From the NCBI GenBank assembly GCA_003602605.1, contig QQRW01000040.1, forward strand, positions 19,283 through 83,282: a stretch of DNA of 64,000 bases. Reading direction: 5' to 3'. Position numbers and translations under genes: made by a program. The stretch comes from Candidatus Poseidoniales archaeon (GTDB taxonomy: Archaea; Thermoplasmatota; Poseidoniia; Poseidoniales; Poseidoniaceae). This document shows positions 41,015 to 50,900 of this stretch, one piece after another. The notes under the pieces are model-generated. The model was not told the DNA's origin, made no database searches, and saw nothing but the letters and a program-made list of their open reading frames with translations. Numbering within the stretch: position 1 is the first letter of the stretch; the number at the start of each line of letters is the position of its first letter.

Positions 41015-42982
41015 TCACTCTTCTTCCGAGTCGAGAATCTCGTTGCGGATTTTGGAAATCATAATGTCGAGTTCAGGAAGGTTCAATCGGCCATCTCCGT
41101 CGAGGTCAACTGCGTTGACAAGTCGGCCCATTTCCCATGGAGGTAAATCTGCAATGTTAGCCTTGGAGAGAGCTTCTCTAAATTCGTAGCCGTCTACCTC
41201 ACCGGAACCGTCGAGGTCGATTGAACTAAAGAACTCAAAGATGGATTGCTTGGACTGCTTAAGGTATTGTGCGAGCATGACGAGTTCTTCAGGCATAGGA
41301 TACTCGGCGACTTCATCGTTGTGAAGTTGAGCTGTAACGCGAATCAACGACGAGCCCCCTTCGTCTTCTTCGACCTCGCCGATAGTGAGGTTCGTATCGA
41401 TTCCAACACCACGGCCGAGCAGTGTGCGAATGGTCGTCGAGCCCTCGACAAGTGTGTAAGACTGGATGTCGCTTTGAACAGCCAAGTCAGCGTATGCTGC
41501 GTTATTTGGACGGCCGGTGTGAATCATCGAAAGTGCGGCCAAAATGGTTCCAAGTGTAACGAAGTAGAACATTGCAGCAGATACGAGGAAGAACCCGTCG
41601 GTAGATGCAACAGCATCTTCGATGCCAGAGTTCACTACGGCGTATGCAGTAAAGTCTCCAATAAGCGCTGATACAGTTGCAGTCACACCGCCAATGATGG
41701 TGAACCAAACTGCAAGTTGTGCATTGCTTGCCTTAGCAAGTTGCTTTTGTGCAACGAGAGGATAGGAAGTGAAGATGGCTGCGAGCATCATCAAACCGCC
41801 AATGGTAGAAATGAATCCAGTATCAACTGTGTGGGCCATCGAACCGAGTTTGTCCATTCCAACGAAAGTGTCCATTCCAGTAAAGAACCCGCCAACTGCA
41901 TAGATAGGGAGAAGCATCATTGCAGCAGTTGCGGCAAATGCACCCGGACTCTTGACGATGCGTTCTGGGCTTGATGCGGCTGTCGCTACCATGTTTACTG
42001 AACCGGCAAACAGTGGAAGGAGCCCAATTGCCATGAGAATAGCTCCGATGTTTTGTAGTAATTCGCCGCCATCAGCAGCAGAAAGGAAGAACGGAGGGAT
42101 GGTGATGAAAAGGAAAATCATGTTTGTTTTCTGCATTGAAGCGGACCATACTGGTTTGCCTGCAGTGAATGGAATGATATGGTATGCTGCAGCAAAGATG
42201 AGTGCGAGAGGGACCCACCCATTCAAAACTCTCTCTGCCAACCAGACGGTTTGAGTAGAGTCGACGACATCACCAAAGAAAGCAAAGAACATACTCATGA
42301 TTTTCGAAACCAAAGCAAGAACGAGGAACCACGTGGTAGGGGACAGGTCGTCATGTTCTCGGTCTCCAAGAGTGATGAATACATTGATGAGAAGAGCAAT
42401 GTGAAGCATTGCCCCAACCAAAAGAAGGGATATGTTCTGAATTGTTTCCAGTACTTCATCCCCGTTCGAAACATCGATCAGAGAGAAAACTGCAGGGAGT
42501 AAGAGAACGACGGTTGTCGATGCAGTGAGAAGAACTGCGACCATCGAAGCACTTGCTTCACTGGCCAAACGACCGTTGGAAGAGCGAGAAACAGCGACAA
42601 GTGCAGCACCTATCAACAAATAGTTCAAGGCTGTCGAGAAGAAAATTGCTGTATAATCGGTCAACATTGAACCGTCATCATAACTCCAACCAACGCTGGA
42701 TAATGAATTAAGAGCGGTTGGATCGTATCGGTGCCAAATTCCCAAGAACATGCTAAGAGCAGCCATGAAGAACCAAGCCACACCGAAGCGAATCCAGGTC
42801 TTTGTACCGCTGCCTGCTTTATCGTTAAACAAGTCAATAAGACCTGCTGGTGCTTTATTGAGCAAAAACAAACCAACTTGTCGTAGTGGTTTTGCCATTC
42901 CTCCTATTCCCTTAACCATGTAATTGGCAACAAGGATGAGTGTTGCCAAAAGAAGACCGGCTGTAATGAATACTGTTTCCAT
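41015..42982 (-). CDS. CcoN (cbb3 oxidase subunit I)-like membrane protein lacking metal-ligand His, fused to two EF-hands
   Basis: About 12-13 TMs with CcoN-like loop motifs (VSRSSNGRLAS, ITLGDREHDDLSPTTWF, YHIIPFTAGKPVWS, GSVNMVAT); EF loops DLDGSGEVDGYE and DLDGDGRLNLPE; SD GGAGGTG at 42989-42995. Confidence 0.75.
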   Translation of the reverse strand: METVFITAGLLLATLILVANYMVKGIGGMAKPLRQVGLFLLNKAPAGLIDLFNDKAGSGTKTWIRFGVAWFFMAALSMFLGIWHRYDPTALNSLSSVGWSYDDGSMLTDYTAIFFSTALNYLLIGAALVAVSRSSNGRLASEASASMVAVLLTASTTVVLLLPAVFSLIDVSNGDEVLETIQNISLLLVGAMLHIALLINVFITLGDREHDDLSPTTWFLVLALVSKIMSMFFAFFGDVVDSTQTVWLAERVLNGWVPLALIFAAAYHIIPFTAGKPVWSASMQKTNMIFLFITIPPFFLSAADGGELLQNIGAILMAIGLLPLFAGSVNMVATAASSPERIVKSPGAFAATAAMMLLPIYAVGGFFTGMDTFVGMDKLGSMAHTVDTGFISTIGGLMMLAAIFTSYPLVAQKQLAKASNAQLAVWFTIIGGVTATVSALIGDFTAYAVVNSGIEDAVASTDGFFLVSAAMFYFVTLGTILAALSMIHTGRPNNAAYADLAVQSDIQSYTLVEGSTTIRTLLGRGVGIDTNLTIGEVEEDEGGSSLIRVTAQLHNDEVAEYPMPEELVMLAQYLKQSKQSIFEFFSSIDLDGSGEVDGYEFREALSKANIADLPPWEMGRLVNAVDLDGDGRLNLPELDIMISKIRNEILDSEEE

Positions 42983-42994
42983 ACATCACACCTC

Positions 42995-43267
42995 CTAATC
43001 GACAATGACCTCGCTGAGAAGTGAGGCGACAATTGCACCGACACCGATGAGAATGCCAATCAAGTAGTACCAAATTCCACTGCCGCCGAGATTTCCGATG
43101 AGTGGCACCAATTCTCCGAGAAGTGGAATGTTATCCCATCCGAATACATTTGAGAATAAAGCGAGTAGGCCAAGGAGGGCAACGCTGAACAAGGTCAAGA
43201 AGACCCGACTGCTCGATGGTTCTCCTGTTCCAACGGTAACATCTGGTAGAGTTGTAGCGCTTGACAT
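42995..43267 (-). CDS. Small 2-TM membrane protein, probably co-transcribed with the CcoN-like gene
   Basis: 90 aa; GGTGA SD-like element upstream; its TAG stop overlaps the SD of the next gene. Confidence 0.7.
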   Translation of the reverse strand: MSSATTLPDVTVGTGEPSSSRVFLTLFSVALLGLLALFSNVFGWDNIPLLGELVPLIGNLGGSGIWYYLIGILIGVGAIVASLLSEVIVD

Positions 43268-43284
43268 TTTTCATCACCCATACA

Positions 43285-43329
43285 TGACCCCGTAGGGGTC
43301 AATCCGTCCACTCGCATTGCGGTGATAAA
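43285..43329 (-). promoter_or_regulatory. Putative promoter (TTTATCAC TATA-like box) followed by palindrome TGACCCC-TAC-GGGGTCA
   Basis: TATA-like box at 43329-43322; 7-bp-arm palindrome at 43285-43301, at about the expected transcription start. Confidence 0.5.
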
Positions 43330-43360
43330 CGTTCACTCCTTGCGAAGAGGTTTTTTCCAA

Positions 43361-43370
43361 TAAAAAAGGG
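43361..43370 (-). terminator. Archaeal oligo-T terminator after RaSEA
   Basis: Minus strand CCCTTTTTTA just after the stop at 43373. Confidence 0.5.
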
Positions 43371-43372
43371 AC

Positions 43373-44539
43373 TTAGGGTGAACGAAGACGGTCCAACACA
43401 TTCCCTCGTCGGTGCTTCGAAATTCCGAGGGGTACAGGTAAGGTTTGTTCGAGCAAAATCTCTTCCTTCCACGCCTTTTCGCAATCGCAAGACAGGCCTT
43501 CAAATTCTTCAAGTTCACCAGATACTGCATACCGTTCAATGGCCGCAACAACAACGGAATCACACGCACCACAATTGTGTGCACCACGTATTTTACCGCC
43601 AGCAGTGGGGTGAATAATGAGGCGACAAACTTGGTCAGCGTCTCCGTTCTTGCCACCTTCCGGGTGAATGGTTGGGTGGACTCTGCGAATCATTTCAACC
43701 AGGGACCAAAGCCACGGTGGGCGGTACTCATTGTTGCGATGGAGTCGGTCGATGATAGTGCCACGCTGGATATTCATCGGATTGACTGAAATCTCATCGC
43801 TTCGGCCTGCAACTTGTTCAATCCAACGAACACCATGAATCAAAGCGTCTGCTTCACTCATAAACGGCGGTTTAAACATCAAATATGTCTTCACTCGAAT
43901 GTCGAATTTCTTCAAATTCTCAACTGCTCGATCCCACGATTTCGTCGTGAAGCCCTTATTCACATGGAAACGAAGTACTTCATCATCGTAGGCTTCTAGT
44001 CCGACGGCAACAGCAAAGCTTTGATTCAATTGAGATGCCCAAGCAAGTTTCTCTTCAGTCAGTTGTTCACAACGGCTCTCAACAATCAGTTCTTTACCGA
44101 GTTCATGGCAATCCCTCAGTACTGTTTCTTGGAATTCCACTGGTATTTCTCTGTCCTCGAGCAGTGAACCGCTGGTGTATACCTTGACCATGGCATGATC
44201 TTTGAAATCCTCAAACTTCTTCTTGGCATAAGCCCACTGGGAGTGGAGATCTTCGTTAGTGACATCGTCTCGAGTATCGTTGAAGTATCCACAGAACGTA
44301 CATCCACTGGACCACCACCAGTGGCATCCTTTGGTCCGAAGAATAACAGTTACTGCACTGCATGGGGTCCCATCTGCCAATGTTTCTGGCGTGTAATAAA
44401 CGGTTGCTGGCTCGCTTGCATCCCACGACTGTTGACGTGCTACTGCCCATGGGGTATTTGCTGGAGCTTTAACGAGGTCGTGTATTCGCGAACCTTTGGC
44501 GCCGTCTCCGACAAGCGTCAACGACTTCGGCCCGGTCAT
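43373..44539 (-). CDS. Archaeosine biosynthesis radical SAM protein RaSEA
   Basis: TVILRTKGCHWWWSSGCTFCGY (Cx6Cx2C), KVYTSGS, NKGF, YRPPWLWS, RGAHNCGACD. Confidence 0.9.
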   Translation of the reverse strand: MTGPKSLTLVGDGAKGSRIHDLVKAPANTPWAVARQQSWDASEPATVYYTPETLADGTPCSAVTVILRTKGCHWWWSSGCTFCGYFNDTRDDVTNEDLHSQWAYAKKKFEDFKDHAMVKVYTSGSLLEDREIPVEFQETVLRDCHELGKELIVESRCEQLTEEKLAWASQLNQSFAVAVGLEAYDDEVLRFHVNKGFTTKSWDRAVENLKKFDIRVKTYLMFKPPFMSEADALIHGVRWIEQVAGRSDEISVNPMNIQRGTIIDRLHRNNEYRPPWLWSLVEMIRRVHPTIHPEGGKNGDADQVCRLIIHPTAGGKIRGAHNCGACDSVVVAAIERYAVSGELEEFEGLSCDCEKAWKEEILLEQTLPVPLGISKHRRGNVLDRLRSP

Positions 44540-44599
44540 GGTATCCCTCAATGACAGGTCGCATGGCTATGCCGTTTCAATGCACCGCTTCAAGAACGG

Positions 44600-45451
44600 T
44601 TATGATTCGTGTGAAGTGAACAGAATTGTGGAACCTGCTCGGACAAATTCTCCCTTTGGATGCGTGGGGTCTTGTTCCTCGGCAGAAACCACATTTGGCA
44701 TGAATGAGTGTGCGGGTACGCGGATATCGACGCGAGATCCGAGACGAATCATACCGTATCGCTGGCCACGACGAACCTCGGTACCGATGGAGAGCCACGG
44801 TACAATTGTTCGAGCCAAAGCACCCGATATTTGTGTCACTTCTACCATGAGGTCGGATTCTCCTTTGAACACACTTCGTACTCTCTCATTGTATTGACTC
44901 TCCTTCTTGTAAGCAGCCAAAAAAGGACCCCGGCGTAGTCCTTTTCCAGCTCGGTGCTCCATTCGATGAAGCGTTCCTGCAAGCGGAGAACGATTGACAT
45001 GAACGTCAAGTGGGGACATGAATATGGCGATTCGAAAGACATCGCTCTTAGATTCTTCACCCTTCTCCACTGGCTCGAAACGCTGCTCGGTTTCGAACAG
45101 GAGTGGATTTTCCATAGGAACAGGATACCAGTCCCCAGTAAGAGAATCTGATTCACAATCCCCTGAATCCATCTCGTCCTTGTTCGGACGTCGGCCTGTT
45201 GCCCGTTCACGGCGAACAAACATGACATGTCCATCAGCTGGGCTTACCAATACATTTTGGTCGCGAGGTATTGGACGGTCTGGGTCTCGCCAAAAATTTG
45301 CAAAGAAAGCAGAGAGCATAAGGCAAAAAATCCCAAACAATGGAATTAATCCATACAGGGAATCGATTGTTGCTCCAATAATGAGGGCGCTTCCTCCCAT
45401 CATCAAAGGGATGAGAACTGGAGCGTGGCCGCCATGGGCCAGTCCACCCAT
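44600..45451 (-). CDS. psd: Phosphatidyl/archaetidylserine decarboxylase proenzyme
   Basis: FWRDPDR, SPADG, IFMSPLDVHVNRSP, NERV, QISGALARTI, GMIRLGSRVD (GS self-cleavage site). Confidence 0.92.
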   Translation of the reverse strand: MGGLAHGGHAPVLIPLMMGGSALIIGATIDSLYGLIPLFGIFCLMLSAFFANFWRDPDRPIPRDQNVLVSPADGHVMFVRRERATGRRPNKDEMDSGDCESDSLTGDWYPVPMENPLLFETEQRFEPVEKGEESKSDVFRIAIFMSPLDVHVNRSPLAGTLHRMEHRAGKGLRRGPFLAAYKKESQYNERVRSVFKGESDLMVEVTQISGALARTIVPWLSIGTEVRRGQRYGMIRLGSRVDIRVPAHSFMPNVVSAEEQDPTHPKGEFVRAGSTILFTSHES

Positions 45452-45460
45452 AAAATCGCC

Positions 45461-46240
45461 TCACTCAGCCCAAGGGTCGTCGCCATCAGCCCAAGTAGCG
45501 GCAGAGGTGGTTTCAGGAGCAGCAGGTTCTGCAACTTCTTCTGTTGCCTCTTCTGCACCCTCTTCTACAGCCTCTTCTGCGGTATCCTCAGGTGTGGCAT
45601 CTACAACTTCCACAGACGCTGTTGACTCTTCGGCAGCCTTACTCTCAGCGTCTGCCTCAGCTAAATCAGATGCTCGCGCCTCGACCATGTCCTCCATACG
45701 TTCAGTGAATGCTCGGGCCATGTGTTGCGATTTTCGCTCGGCTTCAATAGCTCGCTCAATCATTTCGTAACGGACTTTGATTGCCTTGTTGAGGTCTTCA
45801 AAAATTTGCATGTGGTCAACATACCAATCGTCACGTGCCTTCATTTCGACAACAGCGTGTTTCAAGTCATTATCAAGTTCTTCAGCAATGCTGAACACGG
45901 TGCTCACACGATTCTTTTCTCTGGAATATTTCTCTTCCATCTTTTCCAATTCAGGTTCGAGGTGTTCAACCTTCTTTGACGCTTTGACTGCACGAAGTTC
46001 AAGTTCGCGAATTCGGACTTCTTTTTCTGAAAGAAGTGCCTCTTGAGTTTCCTTTTCGATTTCTCGTTCGATGATTTCCTTTTCCAGAACTTCAATGGTC
46101 GCCACTGCATCCTCGAGGTCTGATTGAGCTGAGGTAAACGCTTCATACAGGACCTTAATTTGGTCTTCGTATTCTTCAGCGGTTAATTTCTTTACAGCTG
46201 GTTCAAAATCCGCTGGTGTAATGGTTCCATCTTCGGTCAT
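45461..46240 (-). CDS. Coiled-coil protein with acidic tail
   Basis: Long E/K/R heptad region, E/A-rich tail ending WADGDDPWAE; GGTGA SD-like element before ATG 46240. Confidence 0.7.
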   Translation of the reverse strand: MTEDGTITPADFEPAVKKLTAEEYEDQIKVLYEAFTSAQSDLEDAVATIEVLEKEIIEREIEKETQEALLSEKEVRIRELELRAVKASKKVEHLEPELEKMEEKYSREKNRVSTVFSIAEELDNDLKHAVVEMKARDDWYVDHMQIFEDLNKAIKVRYEMIERAIEAERKSQHMARAFTERMEDMVEARASDLAEADAESKAAEESTASVEVVDATPEDTAEEAVEEGAEEATEEVAEPAAPETTSAATWADGDDPWAE

Positions 46241-46339
46241 TCCTTCACCCGGAGGTAAGCCTCCGTGAACACCCACACACCTCCACCCTATCAAGCCGAC
46301 GCTTGGTAGGACTGATTTGATGGGCCAATTGAGCCGCAA

Positions 46340-47302
46340 TTAACAGTACGAATCAGTTACAGATACAAGTTCCCGAGCGATGCTCACCTCGCCCATCGAA
46401 TGGCCTGCATCGGGAACCATAACCAGATGGCTTGAAGGGACTGCTTTGTGCAATTCCCACGCACTACGAGCCGGGCAGACTACATCGTATCGGCCCTGTA
46501 CAATATGCATTGGAATGTGTTGGATGGAGGCAACATTGTTGAGAATATGTGCTTCTTCGAGGAAAATAGCGTTAATGAAATAATGACATTCAATGCGAGC
46601 GAATGCAACTGCAAAATCTAAGTCCTCGGCTTTTTCCAGGTATGAATCATCAGGGAATAAGCGACTTGTAGCCATTTCCCAGCGCGTCCACTCCTTAGCA
46701 GCGGCACGGCGAACATCGACATCGTCACTGGTCAGGCGCGTATAGTAAGCCTTGATGAGATCGTTTTGTTCCTCAAGTGGAATGTGTTCGCGGTATCCTT
46801 CAAATGCATCTGGGAAAATGTGACTTGCTCCGTCTTGGTAAAACCAGTGCAGTTCACTTTTACGACACATGAAGATGCCTCGCAGCATCAAACTCAGGGC
46901 GCGCTCGGGATATTGTTGTGCGTAAACAAGGGAGAGAGTAGAGCCCCAAGAGCCCCCGAATACATGCCATTTCTCAATTCCAAATGTTTCGCGTAACAAT
47001 TCAATATCATGAACGGATGCTTGGGTGGTATTGTCCTTCAATTCAGCATAAGGGGTCGATTTTCCACATCCGCGCTGGTCGAATTGAATGATGTTGTAGG
47101 CGCTAGGATCGAAGTATCGACGGTACGCTGGTTGACCGCCACCACCTGGTCCGCCGTGAATCACTATGACCGGCATACCATCGGGATTTCCGCTCTTTTC
47201 CCAAGCAATTGTATGTACATCTGATACAGGCAACATACCGGTTTCATAGGGTTCAATAAGCGGATACAGTACATCATCAATGGTTGTCGTAACGTCGATC
47301 AT
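46340..47302 (-). CDS. pip: Proline iminopeptidase
   Basis: HGGPGGG, FDQRGCGKSTP, GGSWGSTL, AFARIECHYF, QGRYDVVCP, DAGHS. Confidence 0.95.
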   Translation of the reverse strand: MIDVTTTIDDVLYPLIEPYETGMLPVSDVHTIAWEKSGNPDGMPVIVIHGGPGGGGQPAYRRYFDPSAYNIIQFDQRGCGKSTPYAELKDNTTQASVHDIELLRETFGIEKWHVFGGSWGSTLSLVYAQQYPERALSLMLRGIFMCRKSELHWFYQDGASHIFPDAFEGYREHIPLEEQNDLIKAYYTRLTSDDVDVRRAAAKEWTRWEMATSRLFPDDSYLEKAEDLDFAVAFARIECHYFINAIFLEEAHILNNVASIQHIPMHIVQGRYDVVCPARSAWELHKAVPSSHLVMVPDAGHSMGEVSIARELVSVTDSYC

Positions 47303-47380
47303 GAACACTTCGTAAAGCCGGAGAATATTGTTCTTATCGGAATGGACATCTTCTTGGAATGGGTCGGCTCGACCGCTTCT

Positions 47381-47998
47381 ATGAGCCGGAGAGAAGCGAC
47401 CGAAGTGTTCAGCGAATGGGCCGAGAAAGGCAAGGATGAGGGCATGGAAAAAGGACATGCTGCATCGGTTCACGCCATGCTCCAACTTGGCGGAATACCG
47501 CGTCAAGACAACTATTCGGCCGTCGATATAGGATGCGGAAACGGGTGGGTCTGCAGACTTCTTGCCCAAGATGAATCTTGCACCAGAGTGCTTGGCGTTG
47601 ATGGTTCAGAAGCGATGATTTCCAAAGCGAAACAGATTGATTCCAACGGCGATTATAGAGTTACAAAGCTGCCCGAGTGGGCACCAACTGAAAAATTTGA
47701 TTTTGTCCACAGTATGGAATTCTTGTACTACCTCCATGACCCACAATCTATGCTCAAACAACTGCATGAAAACTGGCTAAACAGTGGAGGAATGCTGGTT
47801 GCGGGCATAGACCACTACCGTGAAAACGATGACAGTCTCGATTGGCCGGACGCTTTGAATGTTCATATGACAACACTCAGCATTGATGAATGGAGGACAG
47901 CAATGATTGAAGCTGGCTTTATCGATGTAGAAATACACCAAGTTGCTGCAAGTGATTCATTCGTCGGAACACTTGTCATGTGCGGCAAAAAAATCTAG
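47381..47998 (+). CDS. Class I SAM-dependent methyltransferase
   Basis: VDIGCGNGW, GVDGSEAMI, FDFVHSMEFLYY. Confidence 0.88.
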   Translation: MSRREATEVFSEWAEKGKDEGMEKGHAASVHAMLQLGGIPRQDNYSAVDIGCGNGWVCRLLAQDESCTRVLGVDGSEAMISKAKQIDSNGDYRVTKLPEWAPTEKFDFVHSMEFLYYLHDPQSMLKQLHENWLNSGGMLVAGIDHYRENDDSLDWPDALNVHMTTLSIDEWRTAMIEAGFIDVEIHQVAASDSFVGTLVMCGKKI

Positions 47999-50900
47999 TC
48001 TTCATCAGGCGAAACTGGTCCAAGCGCTGAGCCTTCTGGCCCACACAATCGTATTTGTCCTCGAGCAAACGGGCATTGTGCGCACACATGGGATTTCTCT
48101 TCTGGCAAGCGGGAGGGTTCATTCAATGCTCCAGGGGTAGCAGAGAGTTGTGCCATCCATTCAAGATGGTCTGCTAGGGTCGAGGTTGCAGATTCGTATT
48201 CAGTTTGCGTCAACTGAACCATTCGTCCCGACGCGCCGATAAGCAGGGCAGGAGGTAGGATTCTGCGGCGCTCACCGACCGGCTTCTGTTGTTCAAGAAC
48301 TTCCAATGCAAGGGAATAGAGCGTCAACTGCAGACGGTGTTCATCCAGTATCGAGCGTTCCTCCAAGGTCGAAGGGTAAGGCACCAAGGCATCACCTTTG
48401 TATCTTTGAAGTCTACTTCCTTGATTCGGGTTTTCGGCATTAAATTCATCCCTGCACCCCTTGGTTTTCAAGTCAACAATCTGGAGGTATCCGTTGCCTT
48501 CTGTATCTCGCAATGCAAGCACCAAATCTGCTCGTCCGTCAAAGATTACATCAACATGGTCTATTCGAGCAATGTTTTGTTCACCTTCGACTGAAAAATG
48601 AGTCCGCATGAGGTCATCGAATCCAACTTTGTGCCGGAAGAAGAATGGGAGTTCAGTCCGCAATCCTTCAACACTGAAACCAAAGTGTTGCTCACCTGCA
48701 GCATATCTTCCAAGCAATCCCCCTCGTACAAGTTTACCGAGTTCAGCCAACCGTTTCGATGTCGTCTCAAATACATTTGAACTGGAGGAAGTTATGCCCT
48801 CTTCAGCCAAAACGCGCTCGATTGTTGCCCTATCATCAAGTAAATCCTCTCCATCAAAAACCCATGCAGGTGGAAGAGGAACAGACGATGGGGCATTCTT
48901 GACGCATGGATTTTCCAAACCAATCTCGACCAATCGGTGCATCAGCGTACCGAAAACAGTCGCTGGAGGATAAATGGAGGCTGTAGCATCAGAGGAAGGG
49001 TGGTTCAAAAAGAAATTCAATGGCTCCGGATTCCAACCCTTTACCTCAGAGAGCCAATGACGGCGAGGGCAGGCATAGCTTGTATCCAATGCATGGGCGG
49101 TCATCCGCATCATTTCACTCACCAATGGAAGGGGTTGTTCTGGTGCCACTACGGGTTGGAGGTCGTTGAGGTGAGCCTCTAAGTTCATCCATCGCTCGAG
49201 AGGGGTGGCTGTCGTAAGATCTGGGAAACAGTCCGGTGAGTGATAAATGTACAACGATTGAACAGAATGAGGGCCCAAGCAAGCATCGTCAATCAGGGAC
49301 CGTGGATCGATCGAAAGAGTTGTTTCCTTGTATTGTGAAAGTTGTTCGCCGAAGGTATCGTTTGCTTGAAGCCATGGCGAATGTGTCACACTGTGTTGGT
49401 GAGATAAACTTCGCAACCCATCAAGCCACATGGCACCCATAGTCTTCATCGAAGGTTTACTCTTGAATTCAATACAGTGGTTTTCTTCATCAAGCGTGGC
49501 TGAATCACTCGGAGAACCGACAACAATCAGTCTGTCCTTTACCCGCGTCAACGCCACATAGAATTCTCGCCTACGTTCTGCTTGACGCTGAGCATGGTCC
49601 ATTCGCTTAGCAAACTCCCAAAGTCCATCATCCGGTCGATCGCGTGAGGACCAAGGGTTGATTCGGCCTGCAACCACTTGAGGTGTGACCAAGACATTGT
49701 TTCGGACCGCTAAAGACGCATCTGATTTCCCAGCGTGAAACATGCCTGCAACGACAACAACGGGTGCTTGGAGGCCCTTAGCACCGTGAATCGTCATCAC
49801 TTGCACGGCTCCGCCTGATGGAGTAATAATGGCTGATGGACCTTTTCCACCAAGCGATTGAAGAGATTTCATTCGATTGAAAATAGCGGAAGCCTCGTGA
49901 CCCAGTTCGTTCCCAATTGAGACTGCAAGAGCACACCATGCCTCAGCATTCTGACGTGAAGTATCGTCTGAATATGCCAAAAGGAGGTCCGAATGGTCGA
50001 GCACCGCGTCAAACACATCGTGTACAGCACCCTGTTGTACGAGAGATTCCATGTGGCTTACGAGGCGTTGAACTGCCTCGTTTGGAGCATGTTCGTGTAT
50101 TTTCTGCCACCAACTTTTATTTTCATTTGACGACATCAGAGCATGAGCTTGTACATCGTTAAAACCGAAGACTGGAGAGCGAGCAAGAGACAACGCAGCA
50201 TGGCGGGAGTGAGGGAAGGCAATCAATTCTAAGCAGGCGAGAAGAGGGGATACGACCGGTCTTTGGAGAAGTGCACCTTGTCGGTCAGCCATAACTGGAA
50301 TGCCGCGAGATTGAAGCCGTTGTATAAGGTCAGGAATATACTTTCGAGAGTGAACGAGTACGATGATATCGTCAGGACGAACAGGAATTTGATTCGATGC
50401 TACTTGATGGTAGCCGTTCACCGAAGCATCCCAAACTTGGGTTGGGCTTTGAGTAACGAGCGCCTGCAATCGAGCGGCAATGAGTTCATTCTCAAGATGG
50501 GCCCTCTTTGCTTCGGGGTCTGCAAACGTATCAATCCTCTGTTCAAGGTCAAGACTTGGCGCCTCAACCCCAATCTGCAGTGGCAACAGCCACTCGAGAA
50601 CACCTTCACTATCTGTATCTCGAGCAGGATGGAGCGATTGTGCTTCAGCGTGCCAGTCCCCCGGAAGAACATAATGCCGTTCATCGAATACATCGTCGAA
50701 CATGCCGTTCATTGTACGCATCAAATTGTGTAAAGTTCGATGGTTTGAAGTTAAATCAATATGGCCGAGTAGTCGACGTTCTCGACGCTCATCTGAAACC
50801 AATCTTGAGTGCCCTCCTCCGTCTTCAAAACCGACCTCAATATGTTCCCATAACTGAGATTTGACAACCGACCCCTCAATTTGAGAGCCTTGAATGAAAG

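Noticed and set aside
41015..42982. Functional cbb3 oxidase or NO reductase
   Set aside because: The ligand histidines are absent in manual alignment and no cytochrome c subunits are adjacent
45018..45770. 250-aa + strand ORF
   Set aside because: Antisense to psd and the acidic coiled-coil tail; low-complexity Ser/Ala shadow
47303..47569. Long N-terminal extension of Pip in the ORF track
   Set aside because: Overlaps the divergent methyltransferase; Pip homology starts near ATG 47302
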